The notes beneath the pieces are model-generated. The model made no database searches and was not told the origin of the DNA. It saw only the letters and a list, made by a program, of their open reading frames with translations. Source: Verrucomicrobiales bacterium (GTDB lineage Bacteria; Verrucomicrobiota; Verrucomicrobiia; Verrucomicrobiales; SLCJ01). Taken from it: 64,000 nucleotides of DNA. The stretch is from positions 1 through 64,000 of the forward strand of contig JBJTQJ010000052.1 in NCBI GenBank assembly GCA_046075565.1. The letters run 5' to 3'. Positions 18,831-28,445 of this stretch are shown one piece after another. How positions within the stretch are numbered: the stretch's first letter is position 1; every line of letters begins with the position of its first letter. The position numbers and the translations under genes are program-made.

Positions 18831-20072
18831 TCATGGGGCGGCGGGGCCGGCGACCTTGGTCTCGGGAGCGGCGGGGTTTTGCTTTTCCACGCGCAGGGCC
18901 ATGCCTGCCACGGGGGTGCGGAGATTCGTCATGACGACGCGTTCTCCTTCGGTCAAACCGCTCCCGATCATCACTTCATCCTCACCGCGGTAGATGATTT
19001 CGACGCGGCGGATCTCTAGTTCGTCCTTCGCATTCATAACCCAGACGGTATCGCCCTCGCGGAGATGGGCGCGGGAAATGAGTTTCGCTTCCGGCACCTG
19101 GGGCCCGAGGATGCGGGCGCGCACATAGCTGTTCAATAACAAACGGGGCGAACCCGGCGCACGCAACGCCATGGGATCCTCCACCTCGACAAGCACCCGT
19201 GCCATGCGGGAATTCTCATCGAGCCGGGCGGCGAGGCCAATCACGCGGCCCTCGCGTTTGCCATCCTTGGGAAAGGTGGACTCGTCGCTGAGCAGCACAT
19301 CGCTGCCGCCCTTTCCGTCGGGACCTGGAATCCGCACCCAACGCAAGTCGTCGCCGGGCACGGAGAGTTCGACCCAGAAGGTATCGGTGCCGGCGAGAGT
19401 AGCAATGGTCATGTTAGAATTTACCTGGCCACCTAGGTCGGTCAGGCGATCGAGCACAACGGCATTGAAAGGAGAAAGCACTTCCGCGCGGGCGAGATCG
19501 AGTTTCGCCTGTTCGAGGGCGGCTTCGCTGGAGCGCAAAGTGGCAGCGGCGCTCTCGAGTTGTGGTTCGCGCAAGACCCAGCGTTTGTCTTGTTCGTCGA
19601 GTGGCTCGCGGATGAGGGCGAGTTCGTCGCGGGCGACCGCCTGCTGGCCGCGTTCCAGGTCGAGACTCGCCCGCGCGGTGGCGACGGCGGCTTCGGCGCG
19701 TTGGACAGCAAGGCGGAGGTCGTCGGGTTCGAGGCGGAGAATTGGTTCACCTCGCACGAAGGTTCCGCCGGGGCGGAAATTTTTCCCGATTTCCGCGACC
19801 ATACCAGCGACGCGGGGGTGGAGATCGACCAAGCGGGCGGGCTTGACCGTACCCATGGCTTCGACCTCGACCGCCCTGGTTTGTTGAAGGACGGGCGCGA
19901 CCTCGACCAAGCGGGCGGCGCGCGGTCCACCACGCCCGTTCTCCGCCTTGGGCGCGGATTGGATGAGGGCGAGGGCTTGCCACAATCCGATGCCGACCAG
20001 CGCGACCGGCAGCACCACCTTCAGGGCGAGGACCGCGGGCGATGATTTCTTCGGCTGGACGGGTGTGGTCAT
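18831..20072 (-). CDS. RND periplasmic adaptor (membrane fusion protein)
   Basis: N-terminal TM, PRVAGMV, coiled hairpin, SPFNAVV lipoyl motif, GLTEGERVV. Confidence 0.92.
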   Translation of the reverse strand: MTTPVQPKKSSPAVLALKVVLPVALVGIGLWQALALIQSAPKAENGRGGPRAARLVEVAPVLQQTRAVEVEAMGTVKPARLVDLHPRVAGMVAEIGKNFRPGGTFVRGEPILRLEPDDLRLAVQRAEAAVATARASLDLERGQQAVARDELALIREPLDEQDKRWVLREPQLESAAATLRSSEAALEQAKLDLARAEVLSPFNAVVLDRLTDLGGQVNSNMTIATLAGTDTFWVELSVPGDDLRWVRIPGPDGKGGSDVLLSDESTFPKDGKREGRVIGLAARLDENSRMARVLVEVEDPMALRAPGSPRLLLNSYVRARILGPQVPEAKLISRAHLREGDTVWVMNAKDELEIRRVEIIYRGEDEVMIGSGLTEGERVVMTNLRTPVAGMALRVEKQNPAAPETKVAGPAAP

Positions 20073-21472
20073 GGGCGGGGCGAGCGCGCGAGCGCGCGTG
20101 AGAGATTGATACGCTGGACGAAGCGGTCGCGACGCGCACCCAGAATCCGGCGCTCGAGCGATTGCATGGATCTTACCGCATCCAACACGCGAAGATAGGA
20201 CTCGGTTCCGCGCAAATATCCGGCCCGGGCCCGCTCGACGGCGACCCGGGCGTGGGCGGCCTGGGTCTCAAGGCTGGCCACGAAGTCGCGCTGGGCGGTC
20301 TCCTCGACCATGGCATTCTCCACTTCCGCGAAGGCCCCGCGCAAGTCCTGGGCGAAGGTTGACGACAATTCGGCGGCCCGGGCGCGGGCGGCATCCACGG
20401 CGGCTTTGCGGGCTCCGCCGTCAATCAAGGGAGCGACGACATCGGCGGCGATGCTGGCGATCCATGCGTCGGCCAGCCCCGACCAAGATGGGGCATCCGA
20501 ACTGGCCAGGGCATTCAAGCGCAGGCGCGGAAAACGTTCGGCAATGGCCACGGCGACTCGTTCTTCCGAGGAGGCGATCCGGGCCATGGAAGCCCGCAAG
20601 TCGGGCCGCCCGGCCAAGCATTCGGAGGGAATTCCGGTGGGTGGCCAGCGCCCGGGCTCGGGAAGAGGACCGGAAACTTCCACCGCCCGGCTGGCGGGGA
20701 TTTCTCCGGCGAGCACGAGCAGGGCAGTGGTGGTCACGGTCAGGTTGCTCTTGGCCTGGATGATATCGCCACTGGCGGATTCGACGAGCTGGCGTTGCTG
20801 GGCGACATCGATGGCGCTGGCCTGCCCCCGGCGGTTGCGGAGTTCGAGAATCTCCAGTCCGGTTTGGTTGTTTTTCCTCTGCTCTTCGAGCAAACGGATT
20901 TGCGCGGATTGTTCGGTTGCGTTGGCCCACAAGGTGGCGACCGATGCGGCGATGGAAATGCGGGCGGCATCGAGGTCGGCGGCAGCAGCCTCGGCATCGA
21001 AGGCGGCAGCCATTCTCCCGGAGCGCACGCGCCCCCAGAGATCAATTTCCCATGAGCTGGCTAGACCAAGCGATCCCCCCGAGGATTCGCGGCGTCCGGT
21101 CGATTCCTCGCGGGATCGGGCTTCGTAACCGGCGCTCGCATCCAAATCCGGGAACCGCTCGGCCCCCGCCGCCCGCACGTCGGCTTCGGCGCGGCGGAGG
21201 CGGGCTTGGGCAGCCTGGATATCGCCATTCGCGGCGAGGGCGCGCTTGATCCATGATTCAAGCTCCTTGGAGCCGAGATCCTCCCACCATTTTCCATCTG
21301 CTCGGGGCAAACCCGCGATGGACTTGGAAAACGACGCCGGCAATTCGACGGCCACGCCGTCCATGCCCGATTTCCCGCCCGTGCCGGTGCAGGCTCCCAC
21401 CGCCAGCAGGGGCAGGAGCAACCAGGAAAGAGAATAGGAAAAGCGGCAGGCCAAAGTTGTGGGGGAAACCAT
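20069..21472 (-). CDS. Efflux outer-membrane lipoprotein (NodT/TolC family)
   Basis: Lipobox AVGAC, SWEIDLWGRVR, RPDLRA...AERFP, EVENA. ATGA overlap with the MFP. Confidence 0.9.
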   Translation of the reverse strand: MVSPTTLACRFSYSLSWLLLPLLAVGACTGTGGKSGMDGVAVELPASFSKSIAGLPRADGKWWEDLGSKELESWIKRALAANGDIQAAQARLRRAEADVRAAGAERFPDLDASAGYEARSREESTGRRESSGGSLGLASSWEIDLWGRVRSGRMAAAFDAEAAAADLDAARISIAASVATLWANATEQSAQIRLLEEQRKNNQTGLEILELRNRRGQASAIDVAQQRQLVESASGDIIQAKSNLTVTTTALLVLAGEIPASRAVEVSGPLPEPGRWPPTGIPSECLAGRPDLRASMARIASSEERVAVAIAERFPRLRLNALASSDAPSWSGLADAWIASIAADVVAPLIDGGARKAAVDAARARAAELSSTFAQDLRGAFAEVENAMVEETAQRDFVASLETQAAHARVAVERARAGYLRGTESYLRVLDAVRSMQSLERRILGARRDRFVQRINLSRALARSPRP

Positions 21473-21591
21473 TCTGGGGTTCACGAAGCGCCCCGCAAAA
21501 TAGAACGGAAGCCCCGCCCCGCAAGTGTCCGGAATTTTCCCTGCTTGCGCGAGGGGGGGCGGGTCGTGCAAAGTGTGCGCATCGCAACGAC

Positions 21592-22251
21592 ATGTTCGGC
21601 AGACATCCATTCTTCTGGCTTCGCGCCCCCGCCGTCGAACCGGCGGAGGGAGGTGGGCCGACGGATGCTTCGCTGGTAGCGGCGGCCAAGTCGGGAGACC
21701 GGGCGGCTTTCACCCTGCTGGTGAATCGCTACCGTTCGCGGGTGCATGGAATGGTCGTGAACATGATCCGCAACGAAGCCGACGCCTGGGACTTGACCCA
21801 GGAGGTCTTTCTCAAGGCCTGGCTGGCGCTCGGGAAATTCGAGGGACGTTCCTCGTTTTTCACCTGGCTCTACCGCATCGCCCACAATGTCACCTACGAC
21901 TGGCTGCGGAAAAAACGCCCGGAGACGGCCACCGAATTCGACGAGGACTGGCAATCGTCCCACCTCGCCCCGGAAGCCGATAGCCTGCTCGATGCCGGGG
22001 AATCGCCCGCCGCGGGCCTCGACCGCGCCGACCTGCGCGCCGCCCTCGATGCCGCCATGGAAAAGCTCACTCCCGAGCACCGGCAGGTAATTCTGCTCAA
22101 AGAAGTGCAGGATTTGAAATATCAGGAGATTGCCGACGTCATGGATTGTTCCATCGGCACGGTCATGTCCCGCCTCTTTTACGCCCGCAAAAAACTCCAG
22201 GAACTGCTGCGCCCGGCCTACGATGAATTCCGCCGGGGCGGTAATGAATAA
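21592..22251 (+). CDS. ECF RNA polymerase sigma factor
   Basis: DAWDLTQEVFLKAW, SFFTWLYRIAHN, region 4 YQEIADVMDCSIGTVMSRLFYAR. Confidence 0.92.
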   Translation: MFGRHPFFWLRAPAVEPAEGGGPTDASLVAAAKSGDRAAFTLLVNRYRSRVHGMVVNMIRNEADAWDLTQEVFLKAWLALGKFEGRSSFFTWLYRIAHNVTYDWLRKKRPETATEFDEDWQSSHLAPEADSLLDAGESPAAGLDRADLRAALDAAMEKLTPEHRQVILLKEVQDLKYQEIADVMDCSIGTVMSRLFYARKKLQELLRPAYDEFRRGGNE

Positions 22252-22281
22252 ATTCTCCCCACCCAACGTCCAATCCACGCT

Positions 22282-22908
22282 ATGAATCCGCACCAACAAC
22301 CCGATCCCGAACTCCTCACCCGCTGGAGCGATGGCGAATTGGATGAAGCCACCCGCGCCGCCCTCGCGGCCGACCCGGCTCTCCATGCCATGCTGGAGCA
22401 GGAAAAATCCTCGGCCCGGGCGCTCGGAGACCTACTCCGTAGCCAGTATCCCGCCGCCCGCGACGTGGCCGGACCGGAACTATTCATGCACCAGCTCAAC
22501 CACCGGCTCGACCAAGCCAGTGAAGCCCCGGTTTTGGAAACACCCGCCGCTGCCGGAGGTTCGCGTTTCCCGCTCTGGTTGGCCGCCGCGGCCGCCATCG
22601 TCGCACTCGCCTTGGCTGTGCGCCCGCTTTTCCAAGATGGTGGGCAGGCCAACCCGACCTTCGCCGCCGCGCCGACCACGCCGGATGCGCTGCTCGCCAC
22701 CTACGCTCCCGACGCCAGCCTCGACATCACCGCCCGCTACGACGAAACCGCTGATGCCGTGGTCATCGTCGTCGATGGCCTCAAACCGGTGGCCAACCCA
22801 GACGACCTCGCGGCATTCCTGCCGGATGATCCCCGGCCGATCCAGACCCGCCTCGCTGGCCATGTGCCCGCGCATCGTTTCGAAGGTGGCCATGACGGGG
22901 GTTCGTGA
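22282..22908 (+). CDS. Putative membrane anti-sigma factor
   Basis: ELLTRWSDGELD N-terminus, single TM (LWLAAAAAIVALALAV), directly downstream of the ECF gene. Confidence 0.7.
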   Translation: MNPHQQPDPELLTRWSDGELDEATRAALAADPALHAMLEQEKSSARALGDLLRSQYPAARDVAGPELFMHQLNHRLDQASEAPVLETPAAAGGSRFPLWLAAAAAIVALALAVRPLFQDGGQANPTFAAAPTTPDALLATYAPDASLDITARYDETADAVVIVVDGLKPVANPDDLAAFLPDDPRPIQTRLAGHVPAHRFEGGHDGGS

Positions 22909-22932
22909 TTGTTCGTTCTGCCCGCCCTGCTC

Positions 22933-23409
22933 ATGATAAGGAAACTTTTCCTCACCTTATTCGCCGGGTTCGCCCTCGCGATGGCGGGCACGTGCCGTGC
23001 CGAAAGCGATGATGGGACGGTCTGGGCCGGGCTCATTCTCGGCTCGTCGGCCGCCAGCGAACTTGGACAAGCCCCCGACACCGAGGAAAGCAAATCCGTC
23101 ATCGAACGTATCGGCAAGGTGCCCGACTTCCGCTTTCCGCATTACCGCGTGCTCGGCGAACACGTCCAGCCTCTGCTCAAGGAATATGAAAGCTGGCTCG
23201 TGCCCAGCCGGGGATTCTTCTTCAAACTTGATTCTCGCGGCCCCGATCCCAAAGGAGGCAACCGTGTTGCTGTCCAACTCTGGCGCGAAAAAGAAGTGCT
23301 GCTCAAAACCGATGTCGTGCTCAAAGGCGACCGTCCGGTCATCATCAAAGGCCCCGAACTCGCAGGCCACGGTCGTTTGATCCTCGCGCTCCGGCTGGTG
23401 AAGAAGTGA
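22933..23409 (+). CDS. Secreted hypothetical protein (third gene of the ECF operon)
   Basis: Signal peptide MIRKLFLTLFAGFALAMAGTCRA and GC-rich codon pattern. Confidence 0.7.
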   Translation: MIRKLFLTLFAGFALAMAGTCRAESDDGTVWAGLILGSSAASELGQAPDTEESKSVIERIGKVPDFRFPHYRVLGEHVQPLLKEYESWLVPSRGFFFKLDSRGPDPKGGNRVAVQLWREKEVLLKTDVVLKGDRPVIIKGPELAGHGRLILALRLVKK

Positions 23410-23417
23410 GGTGCGAT

Positions 23418-23489
23418 GTTGGAGTTCGGGCTTTAGCCCGTTCATGTTTCATCCGCTTTTCGAAGACGGGCTAAAGCCCGAACTCCACC
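23418..23489. repeat. REP doublet downstream of RAYT
   Basis: GTTGGAGTTCGGGCTTTAGCCCGT (23418-23441) inverted to ACGGGCTAAAGCCCGAACTCCACC (23466-23489). Confidence 0.9.
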
Positions 23490-23514
23490 GGAACTCCAGC
23501 GCGAACAGCAACGA

Positions 23515-24114
23515 TCAATCATCCCATCCCCGGCCGTATTGGTCGATGGGATACTCTCTCCACAGGGCCTCGGCCTCTTCCCTCCCCACTTGCTGCAGAA
23601 AAGCGTGGGCACTGGAAAACGGCCAGTCTTGCCAGCAGAGCACGTGACCATGTTTGACAGGGTTGTGGTGGATGTAGTTGATTGTGGCGTGCCAGTGCCG
23701 CTCCGACTTCATCGCGGTTTCGGCAGCGCTGTGCCAGACGTGGCGCCCCCGTGTCTGGTCCTCCGTATTCCACGCAAACGCGGTCCGCCCGTGAAGCCGA
23801 CCCAAGGCCTCGAGTGTGGAAAATACATCCGCGCTGCGAACGAGGACGTGGTAGTGATTGGGTAAAACCACCCAGCATTGGATGGCCATGCAAATCGGTT
23901 CGAGGGTTTCCAGCAGATCCCTCTCGAAAGCGGCCAGTCGTTCCGCCGACTTGCCAATGAAGGACCGATGCTCGTAACATGCGGCCGTTAGGAGATAGCC
24001 GTCACCGACGTCATTGGCACGATGCGGTGGACTATGCCACGGTCGAGCGGAAGCCTTCCTCCAGGTGAGCGTCTCCTGCCGCTCCCGCTCGCTCATGCGC
24101 CGCCAGTCATACAT
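23515..24114 (-). mobile_element. REP-associated tyrosine transposase (RAYT/TnpA-REP, IS200/Y1 HUH family)
   Basis: HUH motif WVVLPNHYHVLV, catalytic INYIHHNPVKHG, DWPFSSA. Flanked on both sides by REP doublets. Confidence 0.92.
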
Positions 24115-24147
24115 ACGGAAAAATAGTTGGATCGTAATGGAATGCTT

Positions 24148-24243
24148 GTCGGAGTTCGGGCTTTAGCCCGTTCTTCTTCCGGATCACAAAACACGCAGTC
24201 CTAGATCCCAGAAACCCCGACGGGCTAAAGCCCGAACTCCAAC
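24148..24243. repeat. REP doublet upstream of RAYT
   Basis: GTCGGAGTTCGGGCTTTAGCCCGT (24148-24171) inverted to ACGGGCTAAAGCCCGAACTCCAAC (24220-24243). Confidence 0.9.
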
Positions 24244-24258
24244 AAAAAATCCAATCTG

Positions 24259-25266
24259 TCACGCGGATTCGCGGATGTGCAGCCAGGTATGGACGTGGGG
24301 CTTGCCCCGGAAATAACAGATCATGTTCGGTCCTTCTACCTGCCACACATCCCAGACTTCATCCTCGCCGATGTTCTCTCCTTTGTAGAATGCGAGGTGC
24401 AGGTTGTCGATGCCACCCGCCTCGACGTGCTTCATCGCTTCGTCGGCATCCGCCTTGCGGAAGGGCGCGAGGATATCGGCCAGAACCTTGCGCACTTCTC
24501 CCTTCTGATCATGCGTGAGATCGGCGACACGAATGCCTTCGAGTCCCTCTTTTTTTCCGGTCAGTTTCACGGTGGCCAGTCCCTTCTCCCCGCGGCTTTG
24601 GTCGAGCAGGGCGCGTTCGCGTTGTTTGCCATCGAGCATCTGATAGACATGATTGGCCCGCACCGCCTGATACCAATAGGCATTGCCCTCGTGCGCCGGT
24701 CCTTCGCGGAAGGCCTTGGCGGCATGACCGTAGAATATCGGTCCGCCGAACGAAGCGCCCTCCACCGAATCGCCATCACAGCGGCGCGTGCAATGACGCC
24801 CGGTCAGCACAAACTGGAATTTCCCGGTGCCGGGTTCGCCGAAGATGGCCACCGAACTTCCCCCTTCGAAACCATCGCTTCCGCTATCCCACGTCACTTG
24901 GTCATAGACTTTTTGCGCGTATTCCTCGCTGTGCAGGCCCATGAAGATCTCCTTGATCATGGCCTGTTGATCTTTGGAGAAGTCGCTCACCAGTGTCTTG
25001 GTGATATGCCAGTTGTTGTCCACTTTCAGGCGCAAATCGTTGTCGAAGGCGAAACAAATCTTCGTGCGCTGCTCCTCGCTCAGGGTGTCGTAGAAGGTCT
25101 TAACCAAGGTCTCCGAGGTCGGCTTGGTTGTCCCATCGGCACGGACCGGCAGGATCCCACCCAACCCGAAGGCGCCGGTGGCCAAACCCGCCGTCCGGAG
25201 AAAGGCCCGGCGGTCGAGGGCACGAGAGGCAAGGGAAGCAAAGTCGGGGGTAATCTGGGGTTGCAT
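24259..25266 (-). CDS. Tat-exported DUF3500-like protein
   Basis: Twin-arginine DRRAFLR signal, two similar halves (TLSEEQR / MLDGKQR), GRHCT, C-terminal FRGKPHVHTW. Confidence 0.7.
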   Translation of the reverse strand: MQPQITPDFASLASRALDRRAFLRTAGLATGAFGLGGILPVRADGTTKPTSETLVKTFYDTLSEEQRTKICFAFDNDLRLKVDNNWHITKTLVSDFSKDQQAMIKEIFMGLHSEEYAQKVYDQVTWDSGSDGFEGGSSVAIFGEPGTGKFQFVLTGRHCTRRCDGDSVEGASFGGPIFYGHAAKAFREGPAHEGNAYWYQAVRANHVYQMLDGKQRERALLDQSRGEKGLATVKLTGKKEGLEGIRVADLTHDQKGEVRKVLADILAPFRKADADEAMKHVEAGGIDNLHLAFYKGENIGEDEVWDVWQVEGPNMICYFRGKPHVHTWLHIRESA

Positions 25267-25379
25267 GACGTTGTATCTTTTCAGATCGACCACGGGAGGT
25301 CAACGATTTTTGTGGAATTCGCCAAGGAACCCCGCGATCTCCGGTTGCAAAGCCGTCCGGGCGGGGTTTCGTGCGGCAA

Positions 25380-26267
25380 ATGACCGAACCCGCCCGCACC
25401 TTGATGCTCGGACTGCCCAGCGGCAGCCTCCAGGAACCGACTTTGCAACTTTTCCAGAAGGCCGGATACAATGTCTATGTTCCCTCGCGGTCCTACCGTC
25501 CGTCAATTGACGACCCGGAAATCGAAGCGCGATTGCTGCGGGCCCAGGAAATCGGCCGGTATGTCGATCACGGCTACCTTGACTGCGGGATCACCGGGCT
25601 GGATTGGATCGCGGAAAATCGCGCCGACGTGGAGGTGATCTGCGATTTACCCTACAGCCGGGCGACGACCAACCCGACCCGCTGGGTGCTGGTGGTGCCG
25701 GAAAATTCGCCCATCCGCAGCGTGGCCGATTTGGAAGGCAAACGTATCGCCACGGAAGCCGTCGGTTTGACCGAAGCCTGGCTCGAGGAACGCGGGGTGA
25801 AAGCCGAGGTCGAGTTCAGTTGGGGGGCTACCGAAGTCAAGGTGCCCGAACTGGTCGATGCCATCGTGGACATCACGGAAACCGGCAGCAGCCTGCGCGC
25901 GAACAAACTCCGCATCGTGGAGACGCTCATGCTTTCCTATCCGCGGCTGGTCATGAACAAGAAAGCCGCCGCCGATCCGTGGAAACGCAAGAAGGTGGAG
26001 ACTATCGCGCTCATGCTCAAAAGCGCGCTGCAAGCCCGCGGCAAAGTCGGTTTGAAGATGAACCTGCCCAAGGATCGCCTGAACGGCCTCTTGGAAGCCC
26101 TACCGGCCCTGCGCCGCCCGACCATCGCCTACCTCGCCAACACCGACGAATGGGTCGCTCTGGAAACCGTGATCGATGAGGCCGTCGTGCGGGAGATTAT
26201 CCCCCGGCTCAAGGAACTCGGGGCCGAAGGCATCATCGAATACCCGCTCAACCGGCTCGTGCCCTGA
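25380..26267 (+). CDS. hisG: ATP phosphoribosyltransferase (long form)
   Basis: [50 protein letters not shown]-terminal regulatory domain. Confidence 0.95.
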   Translation: MTEPARTLMLGLPSGSLQEPTLQLFQKAGYNVYVPSRSYRPSIDDPEIEARLLRAQEIGRYVDHGYLDCGITGLDWIAENRADVEVICDLPYSRATTNPTRWVLVVPENSPIRSVADLEGKRIATEAVGLTEAWLEERGVKAEVEFSWGATEVKVPELVDAIVDITETGSSLRANKLRIVETLMLSYPRLVMNKKAAADPWKRKKVETIALMLKSALQARGKVGLKMNLPKDRLNGLLEALPALRRPTIAYLANTDEWVALETVIDEAVVREIIPRLKELGAEGIIEYPLNRLVP

Positions 26268-26363
26268 GGGGCGTGGGCTCGTTTTGGGAACGTCTTGAGA
26301 CCTTCCCGGTCCGATCCCGCGAGAGCCGCCATCGCCCGTTGCCCCGCAGATCCAACCGACCAA

Positions 26364-26542
26364 GGCAGGGGCGTTTGTCCCAAACGTCCGAGGGGAAAGA
26401 TCTGCCAACCCCTTCGACCCGACAGGCAAGAATGCCTGTCGTGCGACCGCGCTTCCAGCCGGTCGGCAGTGGAGCCGACACCGCCTCTGGCCCGCGCTCT
26501 CGCCTCGCCATCTCACGGACCGCTGGGACAGCGGTCCCTGCC
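26364..26542. repeat. REP doublet enclosing a different palindromic REP
   Basis: GGCAGGGGCGTTTGTCCCAAACGTCCG (26364-26390) and inverted CGGACCGCTGGGACAGCGGTCCCTGCC (26516-26542), same family as 18628. CGACAGGCAAGAATGCCTGTCG at 26420-26441. Confidence 0.7.
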
Positions 26543-26656
26543 GATCAATAGGCCGGTCGCGTTTTAAGGCCATGGTTTCGCTTTTTGTCCCGTCGCCGAT
26601 TTTTTTCGCAAAAAAACCTTGCGACTTGGCGGGGATATTGTTTAGCCTCAGCCGAT

Positions 26657-27025
26657 ATGAGCATGGTCACCGAATTCAAAGACTTCATCGTAAAAGGCAA
26701 TCCCATCGACCTCGCCGTCGGCGTCCTCATCGGCGGCGCTTTCGGAAAAGTGGTTTCCGCCGTGACCGACGGCTTGGTCAAACCCATCCTTGGAGCCATT
26801 GGTGGCAACCCGAATGTCAGCCTCAAACTTGGCATCCTCGACATTGGAATGGTGCTGAATTCCATCATCGGTCTCGTCATCACCGGGGCCATTTTGTTCT
26901 TCCTGTTCGTCAAACCGATGAACAAGATGCGCGCAATGCAAGCCGCCAAAGAAGCACCCCCTCCACCAGCGGGACCGACCCAGGAGCAGCTTCTTGCGGA
27001 AATCCGCGACCTTCTGCGCAAGTAA
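26657..27025 (+). CDS. mscL: Large-conductance mechanosensitive channel
   Basis: EFKDFIVKGNPIDLAVGVLIGGAFGKVV ... LLAEIRDLL. Confidence 0.95.
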   Translation: MSMVTEFKDFIVKGNPIDLAVGVLIGGAFGKVVSAVTDGLVKPILGAIGGNPNVSLKLGILDIGMVLNSIIGLVITGAILFFLFVKPMNKMRAMQAAKEAPPPPAGPTQEQLLAEIRDLLRK

Positions 27026-27147
27026 AGGCCGGTATCCGGTCGCGAAGATGTAGGTGCGGTGGAGGGATCGCCATCCACCCCGCTTGTCTTCTTTCATACC
27101 AAAACGTTCATAAAATTGCCCGAATGGTGCCAAGGCACCGCCGTTCA

Positions 27148-27253
27148 GGCAAGACCGGGCCTACTTCGCCAAGGCTTCGAAGGCTTCAACGGTCTTGCTA
27201 CGGTTGCCGATGGCCGGTCCATTCATGGTCGTAGCAAGAGCGTCTCGCTCTTG
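27148..27253. repeat. GTAG-type REPs, one interrupted by a 29-nt palindromic insert
   Basis: GGCAAGACCGGG[CCTACTTCGCCAAGGCTTCGAAGGCTTCA]ACGGTCTTGCTAC and GTAGCAAGAGCGTCTCGCTCTTGC. Confidence 0.7.
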
Positions 27254-27335
27254 CAGCGGAGCGAGGTGAAAATGGATTGAGTTTTGCCGAGTTGGCTTTT
27301 TTGGAATGCCTATTCGCGCTTTGCTAACACCCTCG

Positions 27336-28142
27336 TCACGGTGGATTGTTCTTCCAGCCCGGGCATTGGGAGAGGAAGGCTTTCGGATTCTCGAGCAGGA
27401 TCTTATCCACGAGGCCGGAGCCATGGCCGCGGCGTTTCATCTCGAGGCCGGCTTTGACGACGGCCAATGGATCGGAAATGCCCCAGTCGCAAGCGGAGTT
27501 GAGCCAGACGTTCTCGTTGCCGAAACACTCGACCATGTCCACCGCGCGGGCAGCGGTGCATTTTGAGGTCGGATAAAGAGTCATGCCCGCCCAATATCCG
27601 GCGTCGAGCACCTGGCCGATCGTGTGCTCCTCGACGTGATCGATGATCACCGAGCCGGGCGCGATTTCCGGATGGTTTTTCAGCACATCGAGGGTCAGCT
27701 TGGTGCCCTTGAGTTTGTCCTCAAGGTGGGGAGTGTGGATGAGGATGGGAAGTTTGTAACGCGCCGCAAGGGCGACGTGTTCCTCGAAGATGGCGAGTTC
27801 GTTGCGTGTGTTCTTGTTCAGGCCGATCTCGCCAATACCGAGCACCGTGGGCTGGTTGATGAACTCGGGGATGAGGGACATGACCTCGCGGGCGAAGACC
27901 GGGTCTTCCGCCTCTTTCGGGTTGATGCAGAGCCAGCAGTAATGGGCGAGCCCAAACTTGGCCGCCCGTTTCGGTTCGTATTCGGTGAGCTGGCGGAAAT
28001 AGTCGTGGAAACCCTGGGGCGAGCCGCGATCGAATCCAGCCCAGAAAGCGGGCTCACAGATGGCGATACATCCGGCCATGGCCATGGTCTGGTAGTCGTC
28101 GGTCGTGCGACTGACCATGTGGGCGTGCGGTTCGATATACAT
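27336..28142 (-). CDS. TatD-family amidohydrolase, EboB-like
   Basis: EPHAHMVSRTTDDY, EPAFW, GIGEIG, LIHTPH, IIDH, NSACDWG.SDPL. Confidence 0.85.
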   Translation of the reverse strand: MYIEPHAHMVSRTTDDYQTMAMAGCIAICEPAFWAGFDRGSPQGFHDYFRQLTEYEPKRAAKFGLAHYCWLCINPKEAEDPVFAREVMSLIPEFINQPTVLGIGEIGLNKNTRNELAIFEEHVALAARYKLPILIHTPHLEDKLKGTKLTLDVLKNHPEIAPGSVIIDHVEEHTIGQVLDAGYWAGMTLYPTSKCTAARAVDMVECFGNENVWLNSACDWGISDPLAVVKAGLEMKRRGHGSGLVDKILLENPKAFLSQCPGWKNNPP

Positions 28143-28172
28143 GGGTGGAAAACGGGTTGGGCGGTGCGGAAC

Positions 28173-28445
28173 TCAGGCCAGCGGGCGTGGCGCACCGAAG
28201 GCACCCTGGATCGTGGCGGCGGGTATGGGCTGCACGCTTGGATCGGAAAGGGCAAGCAGGATGGAGCGGGCACGATTCCCTTCCGCGTTCGGGTCGGTAA
28301 GCAAGGGCAGGCAAGCCAGCAAGGCCTGATGCCGGAAGTCATCCCCGTCGCCATATCGGTGGACCCGGTCCAGATAGGCGGCGAGGTCGATCATACGGGC
28401 GCGCGCTTCCATGAAGTCGCGTTCTACGGTGGGTGGTGGGTTCAT
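28173..28445 (-). CDS. Small conserved-looking helical hypothetical protein (90 aa)
   Basis: FMEARARMIDLAAYLDRV...DFR...ILLALSD. ATG overlaps the stop of the upstream permease (ATGA). Confidence 0.75.
   Translation of the reverse strand: MNPPPTVERDFMEARARMIDLAAYLDRVHRYGDGDDFRHQALLACLPLLTDPNAEGNRARSILLALSDPSVQPIPAATIQGAFGAPRPLA

Noticed and set aside
23418..24243. Possible mini-CRISPR (four similar ~24-nt repeats)
   Set aside because: The repeats alternate in orientation, have irregular spacing and flank an HUH transposase; there are no cas genes. They are REPs.
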